This document shows positions 31,501-44,660 of a stretch of DNA of 64,000 nt, one piece after another (the stretch's first letter is position 1; the number at the start of each line of letters is the position of its first letter). Source of the stretch: Anthoceros angustus (lineage: Eukaryota; Plantae; Anthocerotophyta); contig MU008155.1 in NCBI GenBank assembly GCA_010909165.1, positions 1,922,001 to 1,986,000 of the forward strand. Direction: 5' to 3'. A program made the position numbers and the translations under genes. The notes beneath the pieces were generated by a model that did not search any database, was not told where the DNA came from, and worked only from the letters and a program-made list of their open reading frames with translations.

Positions 31501-33650
31501 TAGTAAGCTAACCTTCCCTTCAAGAATCTATGCCACGCTTCAATGGAGAGAGCGCAGTCTTGTCCGACATGAGGCATTGTGCGAGCGGTCTTCAAAAACA
31601 TATCTGTAAGGACGGAAAGGGGATGTGAATAATAGTCGAATTGCACAAACTTGCAGACTCTTAAAGTACATGACAACGAACACACTCACCTAGTTGGCCT
31701 TCCCAAGTATGTTGCATGTACTCCACGAATTGCCACTGTGTTCGGCTCCATTTGTTGTAAAATTCTAGGAGAAGCTCCTTTCCTAAAGCCACTGAGTCCG
31801 CCCTTATTTGTCCCCCCTTGAACGTACATAATCTGACCTAACTCAACCCACATAGCTTGTTTGTCGTACACATTCTTAACCTTCTTCAACAAATTTCGTA
31901 GCCAGGCATGGCGAACGTGCCACAAGCACAAAAAGATCGGCACATCCCGTGACCAGACCTCCCTTAAAGCACCTATCTCTGCAGCACAATCATCAACCAA
32001 GAATGCAGATGGCAGCCAATCTGGAGCTGATTGAAGAACTCTCATGCGTAAAGAAATAAGCCATGAAACTAAAGCTCTTGTGGTCGCTTCCTGTGTGAGA
32101 GCCCATGCAACTGGTATTCCATTCTAATGTCGATCGAATACCATGATAGTAAATAGCTAGTACTTATATTTGTTTACTCTAAAAGTGGAGTCCATAGCAA
32201 GTAAAATGTTATGTCCGAGCTACAGACAAATCTTCAACATGAAGGATGTTTGCAAGCCTAGGCAAAAAGGCTCTCCCTCCACAGACGTATGAAACACATA
32301 CTTTGCATGTAATTGCATCCACATCCCTACACTAAGATTATCGTCCTCATGATACCTCCACTCATTCTTCTCCACCTCCCTAGCTATATTGTAGACATCA
32401 TCCCGTGTGAGGAAGTCGTCCCTTACCTTCACATAGGGGGCCTCATGGATTGATAAAGAGGGACAACATTTAGCTACAGAAAGTTGATGACGCCGCAAAA
32501 TCTCATCAACAGACACGTGACAATGTAAACAATGTCTCACCCAAGCTTTCTTCTCCGCTGACAAATGTGGCGCTCGAATGTCTCAAACTATGCCTATGTA
32601 AGATGGACCATGACAAACTAGACCCCTGACATCAATATGTCTACTCTCATACAGCAAAATCTGAGCAACAGATGGCCACAGATACAGCCTTTTCACAGTA
32701 AAACTAGCCTGACACCTATGTTTGATGCTCTCTCCATCTACTAGTCGTGACTGCCTTTTGTTAGGGAGAGGAGGATGCTGAACGGCAGCTTGCTTGGTAG
32801 AATGGTAATCCTCAGGCTTGTAACTACACTAGTACTAGATCAAGCGACACACCAATAAGAAACCTTTAAATCTAGAAGTTATGGTTAGTTGGAAAAAGCG
32901 TTTACAGACAGAAACCATGCCAACTCATATCGAAACTACACACAAAGCACACCATTCTATTCATCTCATTGAGAGCTACAAAATGATATATAGCATGACA
33001 AGATTAATAAGGACTGGAGAAAAGAATTAGGCGTGAAAGCCATGTTATATCAAAACATGTCATAGTAGGAAAATGTTTGAAGTCAGTATCTTGCGCAAAC
33101 CTTTTCAGAATTCAACAAAAAAGGCATCGTTGGAATTGTCTTAGCAAGACGAACAGTTGGTGCATGACTTGTCAAGATTCGAAACTACTGGATAAAGTTC
33201 TAAGCTATGAAAGACAGGCGCTTGAAGACACAATGATCCATGAGAAGCAAAAAGGACATCAAGCAATTGCACAAACCAAAACCAAACAAACCTGACTGCC
33301 AAGATCGATGAATCTGCCTTTGGCTGATTGGTTTGTGACAACTGGCTCGGACCTTTTGTCTAAACTCTTGCAAAATTGGTTGGTGCTCCACTACAGCTAT
33401 TCATTCCGCCAATGAAATCTTGTACACATTCCCAAGGAATGTGTGCAACTCGGGCCTCCTTCACACGTCCTGGAGCTGAAGAATGCTTGTACAATAATTT
33501 TTGCCATGAAAGGTGGCAATCTCGAAACAATCCGGGCTGTGGCACTTCAATGGAGAAGGGACAATCCCTTGGCAAGTCAACTTCCACCATCTCGCTTAAC
33601 CTCACGCTTATTTAGCGGCGAAAGTTTGCTGCTGAGCTGCCGCCATCACT
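28577..33650 (-). mobile_element. Mutator-like (MULE) transposase / SWIM zinc-finger gene remnant, fragmented
   Basis: AHIPWECVQDF, RDDFLTRDDVYNI..DDNLSV..W, FLVDDCAAEIGAL..FLCLWHVRRAWLRNL (MULE D..CxxH), YNCAQGQQAFLCKHVVKV (SWIM); multiple stops and frameshifts. Confidence 0.8.
28680..32880. repeat. About 2.1-kb tandem duplication within the MULE remnant
   Basis: 28680-30770 and 30770-32880 are near-identical apart from many 1-5 bp indels; the same SWIM, MULE and RDDFLT ORFs appear twice in the track. Confidence 0.85.
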
Positions 33651-35899
33651 GGTAATCCACACTCATTTGGCACAGTGCGAGCTAACCAAATTAGGTTTTC
33701 ACCATTCCAGTTAGGTTAGATTCAAAAGACAAAAATGCCGCTCAAATGAGCCCGTGCCCAATGGAGCCGGTGGCCGGTGAATTGGTGGACCGTATAGACG
33801 ATCTCTACGTCATGGATGTTAATGACAATGTGAGAGACATGCACCATGAAGTACACCAATGTCAACGGGCACCTGACCACTTGATTTTTACGGCTAGGCG
33901 TCCACCTGATGTACCAAATGCACATCCTCCGCTGTTTCAGATTTAAATTTTTATGTAGAATCTTTCTTTGGTTCGGAATACGCAATTTGTACTATATATA
34001 GCCCTTGGTATCGCCATATTTCTAAGATATTCTATTGGCATCAGCATAGCCAGAAATATCTTAAGAATACACTATAATATGCTAAAGCATCTAACTTGTG
34101 CTTATCCACTTAGCTATTGCTAACCATGTTTAATTAACACTAATTATCTCTTAATTAACATAACTATTTTAGATTATTTAATACTAAATTCTTACTTAAA
34201 GATAAGTAATTAGATTAATTCTTGCTAATCAAACACTAAACCAAAGTGCATAAATTAGTGTCACACGGCATGAGACATGTCAAAATTTGGAGCAAACGCC
34301 CTTGCCTTCGCTGCATCAAGTTTGCACTTCCTACGGCAAAGGGTTTTGGAGCTTCTGGGCCATTTGGAGCTCCTACTTTGGAGGGTCGAGTTGCTAGGCC
34401 AATTCACTTGTTAGGAGAAGAAATATGAAAACGCAAAGAGCCTCAAAACTCATAATCATAGACATATTCACATGGTTCTCATAACAAACCTTAACAAGCA
34501 AGCTACAATGTCGACCCCTAGGTCGAGGAACTTGCTAGCGACGCATGAAGCAAAGACAACCTTATTGAAGCTGATATGAGTAGAGCACGGCCTTTTGAAC
34601 GGGTAACAACTTCTTTTGCGGTCCTTCTTTCCACAATTAGGTTGGGTTGCTGTGCTCAATCAGTGGCCTTCACATGAATAGAAACATGTGAATACTAACA
34701 TGTGGAACCGATCATGCATGCAACGGATTGAACGATGTGCGATGGTCCATGATCTTGGTTTCACGTGTTTTTATGGCCTACACAAGCCTCGAGTGTTTGT
34801 TCACCAATTTTGCACATGCCAATGAATACGTCATGTAATTCTCAACATTCTCGAAATCAAGGTGCCCAAAATTGACCTAAGACCTCCGGCAAGTAGACCA
34901 TTGTCCAACCCAGAGCATGACCAAACAAAGTCAACGACGATCCAGGCATTCAATCTCCATTCCGTGTGAACCCTAATGTAACAAACCCTAATCCTAGGTA
35001 CGAAAATATTCTTAGACTATGTGCATTCTGTACACTGGGAAGCGGATTTGACATTTGTGTCACTCTTGAGGAAAGTTTTCATGAGTTTTTATGAAGTGCA
35101 CATTCGGTACTCCATAGGTGGATTGGTTAGCTAGATTCACCGGGCTTGAAATACTTTTTTTTTTATGACCATCCTCTCAATATTTTTGAAAAGTCTTCGA
35201 TCTATATATTTCCTAAAAGTTGTAGAATAACCTTAGATAACCTCGTCCAACACCGGTAGCAAAGTGGCAGTTCCTTAATTTTAACGATAGCTCCTTCACT
35301 ACATAATTTTATTAAACCAATGAGCTAATAATTTATTCTAATTTACGACTAAAAAATTAAGTTAAATATTTAATGGATAGGGTCGTTATCCTAAAATGCC
35401 TTCAACATGAGGATCCATAAGCTCTCCAAGATCGTGGTTTAGACCTATTACATTTCCGTTAGACATGAAAACATGAGATAAATTGCTTTTAAAAAAAATA
35501 AGGAAAACATGAGACAAATTCTCATAGAAAATAGAGGGACATTTGATTGTTAGAAAACGTACCCCTTGAACAGATAATCTGCAGCGGCAACCTCGAAGGC
35601 CCCCGTTCCCTGTAAACAGGTGTATAACGACACATTTCAGCTCTAAAATAAACCGCTAGGTATGTAGATATCGATTGAACACAAATTTTAGTCAGGGTCC
35701 CGAAACATTGAATTTTCCAAGAAAATCAAATGCCGATCACCTGGAAGTGCTTGTGCTTCCTCCGCCTGTGCCATCCTGCAATTGCACCGCTTGCGTAGAG
35801 TGGTGTGGTCGTGAACACGCATATGTAGCACCTAAGCAGCCTGCCACTGGTCTGCATAGTTTGGGGTGCGTCTCATCTTGTGAGAGAGGTGCCTGCAAT

Positions 35900-38800
35900 A
35901 TGGCTATGGTATGGCAACTGGATCCCTTGTACACCCACCAAATTGGTGGGTGTACAGAGATTCTGCGAGAAGCTCCCTCTCACCCCATCGTAGGGAGTCA
36001 ACCGCTGGAATACAACCAAGCCTCCAGATGCTGCAGTGTAATGAACCCAGCACTTCCGACAAAATGTGTGGCTGTGGAAGGATTTTCCAGCGATGGTCGT
36101 CGCCAGAAGCAGGAGCAGCAGGAGCTCTTGTGGCGAGAATTCTTTCTGGACCCGACCGTGTGGTGGGACAACAGACGACATAAGACGAGCTCCCGTTCGC
36201 CTCACTTCCGGCGTAAAGGGTCCGGCGAGGTCCTCTGGTTAAACAGCATTCTCAAGCCAGCTTGGGTGGATGAGCAGCTGGTTTCTTGGGATGTGCAGAT
36301 GCATCATGGTGCCTCTCCCTCCAAGTGGAGCTCCCCGGATAAGGCTGAACCTGGCAGGCGTGCTGGGCCGGAAATGGGCTTCCTAACGGCCGAAACCGTG
36401 AGCAGGTTATGTCTGCAGGGGAATCTCACTGAGGCATTTGGAGCTCTAGAATCTCTTGCGCAGACAGACTGTCCTATCTCTGTGTCTCTGTTGTATACTG
36501 TGCTTAAAGTGTGTGCAGCTAAAAAGAATCTGGTTGTGGGCCGACGACTTCATGATCTGTGTCTCAAACTTGGGCACGAGTCAAATACATACTTGGGGAA
36601 CCATATCTTGCGCATGTATACATCTGGAGGTAGGCTACAGGAGGCCATGGATGTGTTCACCAGGGTGGGGAAACCAGATGCCTTCATGTGGGGTTCCATG
36701 CTTTCCGCATATGCTAAACATGGGAAACCTCATGAGGCTATAAAGTTGTACCATGAGGTGCATAGCTCAGGTTTGAAGGCGGATGCTCACGTCTTTGTAG
36801 CTGCCCTTCAAGCCTGTGCACTTGCTGCGGACTTGGAATCTGGCAGAAAAGTGCATTGTGATGTGTTGGACAGTGGCATTCCTCCTAACGTATTTGTTGG
36901 CACCTGCCTGGTGGACATGTATGCAAAATGTGGCGTTTTGAGAGATGCACGCGGGGTTTTTGACAGCTTGGCCACAAAGGATGTGGTGACATGGACGGCC
37001 TTGATTGCTGGGTATGCTCAGCAAGGGCTCGGCCGAGAAGCGCTTGTTCTGCATGAACGAATGGAGCAGGAGGGCCTGATTGTGGCTGACCAGGTTACTT
37101 TCACTTGCCTTCTGAAGGCCTGTGCAAGTACTGGTGCCTTACAGAAGGGCAGGCAGCTGCATTTACAGATTGTGGAAAAAGGATTGCTAGATAACATACT
37201 GGTTGGCACCTGCCTAGTGGACATGTATGCAAAATGTGGTGAAGTGGCAGATGCACGCCGAGTTTTCGACAGCTTGAGCACAAAGGATGCGGTGACATGG
37301 ACGGCCCTTATAGCTGGCTATGCAAAGTGTGGTGAATTGGAAGAAGCACGTCGGGTTTTTGACAGTTTGGCCTCGAAGAATGTGGTGACATGGAATGCCC
37401 TGATTGCTGGGTATGCACAGCAAGGGCTCGGTCAAGAGGCACTCGTTCTTTATGGACGAATGGAGCAGGAAGACCAGATTGTGGCTGACCCTGTTACTTT
37501 TGCCTGCCTTCTGAAGGCCTGTGCAAGCGCTGGTGCCTTACAGAAGGGCAAGCAGCTGCACTCACAGATTGTGGAGAGAGGACTGCTAGATAACGTACTG
37601 GTTGGCACCTCCCTGGTGGATATGTATGCCAAATGTGGTGACCTGGAAGAGGGACAGCGGGTTTTTGACCGCTTAGCCACAAAAGACGTGGTGACGTGGA
37701 CGGCCCTGATTGGTGGGTATGCACAACAAGGGCTTGGTCAAGATGCGCTTGTTTTGTATGGACAAATGGAGCAGGAGGGCCTGATTGTGGCTGACCATGT
37801 TACTTTCGCCTGCCTTCTAAAGGCCTGTTCAAGCAGTGGTGCCTTACAGAAGGGCAGGCAGCTGCACTCGCAGATTGTGGAAAGAGGACTGCTAGATAGT
37901 ATACTGGTTGGCACCTGCCTCGTGGACATGTATTGCAAATGTGGTGAATTGGAAGAGGGACGCCGGGTTTTTGACAGCTTGGCCACCAAAGCTCTACCGA
38001 TATGGAACGCCCTCATAGCTGGGTATGCACAAGAAGGGCTCAGTCAAGAAGCGCTTGCTCTGTATGCACAAATGGAACAAGAGGGCCTGATTGTGGCTGA
38101 CCATGTTACTTTTTCTTGCCTTCTGAAGGCCTGTGCAAGCATTCATGCCTTGCACAAGGGCAAGCAGCTGCACTTGCAGATTGTGGAAAGAGGACTGCTA
38201 GATAATGTACTGGTTGGCACCTGCCTGGTGGACATGTATGCAAAATGCGGCGAACTGGAAGATGCACGAAGGGTGTTTGACAGCTTGGCCACAAAGGACA
38301 TGGTCACATGGAATGCCCTTATAGCTGGGTATGCAAAGTGTGGCGAACTGGAAGCTGCACGCCAGGTGTTTGACAGCTTGGCCACAAAGGATGTGGTGAC
38401 ATGGAATGCGCTGATTGCTGGGTATTCACAGCAAGGGCTTGGTCAAGAAGCGCTTGTTCTGTATGGACAAATGGAACAGGAGGGCTTGAGTGTGGTGACG
38501 ATGTTACCTTTGTGCCTTGTGAAGTCCTGTGCAAGCGCGGTGCCTTACAGATGGGCAGGCAGCTGCACTCCCAGATTGTGGACAGAGGAGTGCTAAACAG
38601 CGTACTGGTTGGCACCTGCCTGGTGGACATGTATGCAAAATGTGGTGAGCTGGAAGAGGCACGCCGGGTTTTGACAGCTTGGCCACCAAAGCTCTACGAT
38701 ATGGGCGCCCTCATAGCTGGGTATGCACAAGAAGGGCTCAGTCAAGCGCTTGCTCTGTATGCACAAATGGAACAAGAGGGCCTGATTGTGGCTGACCATG

Positions 38801-40306
38801 TTACTTTCTTGCCTTCTGAAGGCCTGTGCAAGCATTCATGCCTTGCACAAGGGCAAGCAGCTGCACTTGCAGATTGTGGAAAGAGGACTGCTAGATAATG
38901 TACTGGTTGGCACCTGCCTGGTGGACATGTATGCAAAATGCGGCGAACTGGAAGATGCACGAAGGGTGTTTGACAGCTTGGCCACAAAGGACATGGTCAC
39001 ATGGAATGCCCTTATAGCTGGGTATGCAAAGTGTGGCGAACTGGAAGCTGCACGCCAGGTGTTTGACAGCTTGGCCACAAAGGATGTGGTGACATGGAAT
39101 GCGCTGATTGCTGGGTATTCACAGCAAGGGCTTGGTCAAGAAGCGCTTGTTCTGTATGGACAAATGGAACAGGAGGGCTTGAGTGTGGGTGACGATGTTA
39201 CCTTTGCGTGCCTTGTGAAGTCCTGTGCAAGCGCCGGTGCCTTACAGATGGGCAGGCAGCTGCACTCCCAGATTGTGGACAGAGGAGTGCTAAACAGCGT
39301 ACTGGTTGGCACCTGCCTGGTGGACATGTATGCAAAATGTGGTGAGCTGGAAGAGGCACGCCGGGTTTTTGATAGCTTAGTCACAAAGGATGTGGTGACC
39401 TGGAATGCCCTGATATTTGGGTGTGGTGCTTGTAATGAAGGTCACAAGGCATTAGCTTGTTTTGAAGAGATGTTAGTCGCCGGTGTTCAGCCTGACGATG
39501 CTACTTTTACTTGCCTTTTAGCAGCGTGCAGTCATGAGGGACTGGTGGATGAGGGTCGCAAGCACTTCAACTCCATGGTTGAACAGCATGGCATCAAACC
39601 TACTATTGAGCATTACACTTGCATGGTTGATCTTCTTGGGCGTGCAGGCCGTTTAGAGGAGGCAGAGAACATGCTATTATCCTGTGAGGGCCAAAGTAAT
39701 GTTGTGGGATTGAGGTCCTTGCTCAATTCCTGCAAAAATCACGGGGATCTCGAGAGGGCGACTCGATGTTTTGAAAGCCTTGTCAGACTGGAGCCTCAAC
39801 AGGCATCCGCGTATGTGCTCATGGCCAATGCCTTTGCAGATGCAGGTAGGTGGAGCGATGTAAAGAGGATTGAAACACACAGGCTGGCAGCAGGAGCGCA
39901 TAAAAAACCTGCCGTGGCAGGCATTGAGGTGAAGAAGCAGGTACACACATTTGTGGTGGGAGAAAGCAGAGAAGAAATTGCGCTCAAGGTAGAGAGCATG
40001 AGTGCACGTCTGAAGCAGGAAGGGGGCCACATACCACACACAAAGTTGGTGTTGAAACCAGGTTCCGAAAAGGAAAAGGAGGACGCACTTTGCGGGCATG
40101 CTGAGAAACTAGCTCTGGCGTATGGTCTCTTGAACACTCCGAGTGGCACACCTCTGCTGGTAACAAAGAATCTACGCATGTGCAGTGACTGTCACAGTTC
40201 CACGGAGATCATGTCAAGGGTTGAGAAGAGAGACATCGTTGTAAGGGATGGGTACCGGGTGCATCGGTTCGCAGCTGGTTGTTGCAGTTGTGAGGGTCGA
40301 CCGTGA
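35900..40306 (+). CDS. G5: PDF-motif + PLS PPR + E + DYW:KP (GRP type), frameshifted within a 700-bp duplication at about 38470-38810
   Basis: ORFs 35900-38596 and 38786-40306 are two halves of one gene; PDF-like motif 36125-36280; HKKPAVAGIEV, HAEK, ends CSCEGRP. Confidence 0.85.
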
Positions 40307-41866
40307 GAATGAAGGGAATCTAGCCGGGGTTCTCCTGCATGTGGGAGTGGGCAGTTGGCTCCAGCAGGAGATGGGCCCCGTAAGACACCGGGTTGGTGCT
40401 CAGCGTGTTCGTAGTACATATGAACCTTGGTACGAAGTCTCGGCTGTGGTCAGTCTCCACTGTTCTCCTACGCCACGGTCGAATTGCGACACCTGCTCTC
40501 AGTATTCAATAGCTCGGGCTTTCAATATTCAGTGGAGAAAGTATCTCACCTTTATTAATTCTGTTTTAATATTTACTCTCAATTGTTGCTCTAGGGACCT
40601 GACATTCCCCGTGGTGGCAGGATCCGACCCGTTGGGCTTTATTTTTTGTAAATAGTTGATTGATTCTCCATAGTGGCACCCAGGAAAACATTTTGTCTCC
40701 ACTTCTTGGCGTGATATGCCCAAAGCCAGAGGAAAACAGGTCTTCGAAAGTCCTCGCTGTTTCCCTCACCCACCTCATTGGATGCAGGTGTGTCCTCCTC
40801 CGGGGAGAGCCACCTGCCGTTTGACCACTGCGGGCGCGCCAGACGATGTTCGTGGTTGGCCGTCTGTCCACTCTTCGAGAAGTGACATCCAGACATTTCG
40901 TCAATGGAGCTGCACAATTAGGCGTCCTTAAAGGCGGATCAGTGTTTGGATGGTGTGCCATCCATTTCCAGCTCCTTGTCAAAATCCCAGTACGAAATTT
41001 CGATGTATATTTTTAAATGTTTAAACTCACTAAAAAAACTCCCTCCCGACTCCTCTTTGGATGCACCTCTCTCTCAACTTGGACCCGGACATGCCCACGT
41101 AGGATGAAAGAGTGTTTCGCCGACCTTTTGTTTGTCAGGTGTCAGACCATTACTAACAGATGTATATTTAAGGAATTGTTTGGTACAGATCCTATCGAGT
41201 CGTGTCAAGAGTTCGTTTCAATTTATGTTTCCCCTCGTGGTGCGCACTAGCTGCCTGCCTATTAGAAAGGACCTCTACCTCGGAAGAAGAACACATAGAG
41301 GCGAGTAAAATGACTTGGGTTGGTATGTATGTGGTGCACATTCTATCTGCTTTAATGGCTACGATCGCTGGCGTGAGAGACAAGCACCTTCGCAGGCAGA
41401 GCTTCTTTGAGAGGCCCAATCTTTCGAATACTCGATCGTAGAGAATCTTTTGGATCTCTCGCTCCATTCAAGCCTCACGTCTCGCGATCGAGGCCTTCTG
41501 ATGTTATCTGCTGTGCTCTGCGATCAAACATTCTTGGTGCGCTGCACTGAAACAGCCGGTGTTGGAGTCCTTGGTGAGAAAGCGTCTCTCAATCAACTGC
41601 TTGCATTCACGCTCTTGCTGCACAGGCCGGGAGGCTACTCGCAACCGCGGTGAGTCTGACGAGGCGGGAGCCGCATCGTTGCCTTCCAAGCACGCCATTG
41701 GACGCCTCCTGGATCCATCGCACAACGAGCAGGCTGTGAGGAGTAGTGGAGGTGCAGCACTTCTTGGATGAGTCCAGAGGCATGCAACAAACGCGTCTCA
41801 TGAGATCATACTGTATCCCGATTGAGCACTTCGGGACAAGTGGCCAGCTCCAGTCTAGCACCTTTT

Positions 41867-43856
41867 ATGGCGAGAATTGCGGACCAGGAATTAGCTGAGA
41901 GCGGTGATTTCGAATTGGCGGACACGTACCGGGATCCCGAATCTCTGGGAAGGTTTTCGAGCAGCTTCAGGTATTCTTTAGGAATACCACGCCTGTCCGT
42001 GGACGAGGAGGATCAGCTAGAAGCCACTGCCGGCGACTCTGGCCGTCTCGACGCCAGGAGCGAGGGAGGTTTCTCTTCTGGTTCCATCTCTAGGGTATGG
42101 CCAGCTCGGCAGGATCTGATCACAAGCCACGTTGCCGATGCCTCTGCGCCACTTCCGCTGCCGGGCCTGGCGCACGGATTATTCGACGCCGCACCATCCG
42201 CTCAACGAAGTAGGTTGGCTGATGGAGGCGAGGCTGTCCGGTCCAGGAGACTGGATGATGAGCAACCGCATGAGCAGGCGTCCGCTCTGCAACCACAACC
42301 TTCGGTGAGGACAGGTTTCTCCGAGTTCGCACCGCCGCGTTTTGCTGGCTTCGGCTTTTTTTTATTCAACAATGTCAGAGTCTATCCTTTGGAGTGATAA
42401 TGTCTTGGCCTTTTCTGTCAGATTGATGCACGGAAGTTGCCTCCAATCCTTGAGTACTTATCGACCCTTGCTCATCTCGCCGTGTTCGGGATTCTAGGGG
42501 TAAGTTAATGGTTTCGTCAGGTAAAGCTAACGGGAGAGGGTCTGCCTGCTGGAGGAACATGTCATGGTATTCGTTATCAGGTGCATGAACGGTAGTGTAA
42601 CAACCTTGAGCTCTGCTTTTACGTCATCACGTGGTTTTGGCTGCATGTTCAGGTGCTCATAAGATACGGACTGCAAACTTTGTTTGGCCCGAAAGTGGCT
42701 GGCGTCACTGGTGATAGGAGTGCACTTTTCACTGATTTGCCGGCAAACATGGTGTGTATTTTGGGGATTTGGTGGTTCACCATATAGAATTCAGGTCGTT
42801 GTTGATGGTTTCTCTTGCCTTTCGCAGGTTGGGTCCTTTTTTATGGGATGGGTGGGAGTCACTTTGAAGAAGCATATTTCACGTTACTCGGAGATCTTGG
42901 CTGTCGGCTTATCAACTGGACTCATGGGCAGCATTACCACGTTTGCATCGTGGAACCAGCACATGCTTGAACTACTCACGGGGGGCCGCTGGGTCCATGC
43001 TCTTGTCGGCATTCTCATTGGTATATTCCTCGTCACGCTCATGAATTCAGACTGTTGGATGCTGGTTCTGTGTGGTGACGAAATCTGACAGCCTGATGGT
43101 TGGTCTATCCAAGGTATGCAGCTATCATGGATGTCTCTCATCTTCGGCATGGACTCTGCCAGGGCACTGCTAGGCTTCATCCACTGTTTGCAAGGGGAAA
43201 CACCTGAGAAGGACGTGGGAAAGCTGCTGAGGAGTGCAGAAGACCATCTTGCCCGCAGATGGATTCTTTTTTTGTCCTTTTCTCTTCTAGCTGGTGGTAT
43301 GTGGGTGGCATCTATGGTTCTCACCCTGCTGCATGTGGATCAAAGAAAACTCTGGCTGGCTTGTGTGGTGGCACCTCTTGGTGTCTGGACAAGGTGGCAT
43401 CTTGCCCGGCTGAATGGTCAGGGCATCGGACCAAAGCATTGGATTAAATGGTTGCCCGTTGGCACTCTTCTTGCCAACGTTATTGCGTCATGGTTGGATG
43501 CGAGCTTGGGCACTATGGCAGTTACAGTAAGTCTTGAGAAACCATTCGCTCCTCAGATCGATTCATTATTCAGCTGTGAAGCTTTTATGGTACATCATTC
43601 TCACTGCCAGCCTTGGCCCATGTTTCAGGTCAATAATGGGGATGCTACCCTACTGACGGGATCTCTGCAGCTTGGACTCATGGGATGCATGAGCACCGTC
43701 TCCACATTTGTGGTCGAGGTGCACATGATGCACCAAGGAGACAGGGCCTGGCGTGCCTACGCCTACATTGTTTTATCTATCGCGTGTTCTCTCCTGCCTT
43801 GCATCCTAATCTACTCAGTCCCTCTATGGAGTCTGGACCTCGTCTCGAGACAATAA
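41867..43856 (+). CDS. FEX: Fluoride export protein (double CrcB/Fluc domain), about 6 exons
   Basis: Spliced reading (introns about 42305-42420, 42499-42651, 42751-42827, 43021-43113, 43528-43628) gives HLAVFGILG-VLIRYGLQTLFGP..DLPANM-VGSFFMGWVG, GLSTGLMGSITTFASW, PVGTLLANV, GLMGCMSTVSTF. Confidence 0.88.
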
Positions 43857-44660
43857 CGTTGTCCTGTCAAATTAGAATACCAAATTAGGACACCAAAGTT
43901 TGCAAATTTTTGCCGCAGGTGGCACATCCAGGATTGGCGATGAGCTCCCTCGAGTTCCAGAAAATGCAAATTGATAGGGACGAATTCCCGTCGCAGCATT
44001 CTAGGACAAGCATGGTAGAACGCTTCTTCGACAGCTAGCGCGTCCTCCAGCCTTAACTGTCACTGGTCACCATCCTATCCTGCTGCCTGTCGGCTACCTG
44101 AAACTCCGTGCGATCCGAGAGCAAAGCTGCAGTTTGCCAACTTGTTCTGGTAAATGTCTGCGCTTCGTGTGGACAGAAATTGAGCAAACCTCTGTCAACA
44201 TGTTTTCACACCGATGATCCTGTCATGAGCACATTTCAGTGTGAGGATATAATTGCTCCATAGCTATGCGGTCATGACCAGGCATTTCCTTCTGCCTATG
44301 AATAGTGGAGCGACCCTCATCTTTTCATTCAGAGTGTAAGCGCCTTAGCTCGGTCAAGTTCAACTACGGCGAGGAAAAGCTCGTCTACACAACCAATCCT
44401 GCCCAGGCCCTACCAATCCTTTACACCGTCATGAACATTGCAGAAAAAGGTGGTACCCGGACAAGCACTCAAGCTCATACATTCACCAACATTGGGCGTG
44501 GACATTTAAATGTTCTGGTCATACTATGCAAATGTTTGGGCGTGCAGGTAGTATGTTCTTGAGCTCTTTGTTTTCCAGCGCCCACCTCCTATTGGACCCG
44601 CCTACTGATTTTTTCCCCGACTCCCACATGCAACGTGAGCAATGGCTCAAATTTCTTTTC

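Noticed and set aside
13460-35000. Scattered TTAGGGTTT / AAACCCTAA motifs (about 13465, 18870, 27240, 34985)
   Set aside because: Isolated telo-box-like words, not telomeric arrays; common in plant promoters and TEs.
40310-41820. Short ORFs between G5 and FEX
   Set aside because: No coherent domain or splice structure recognised.
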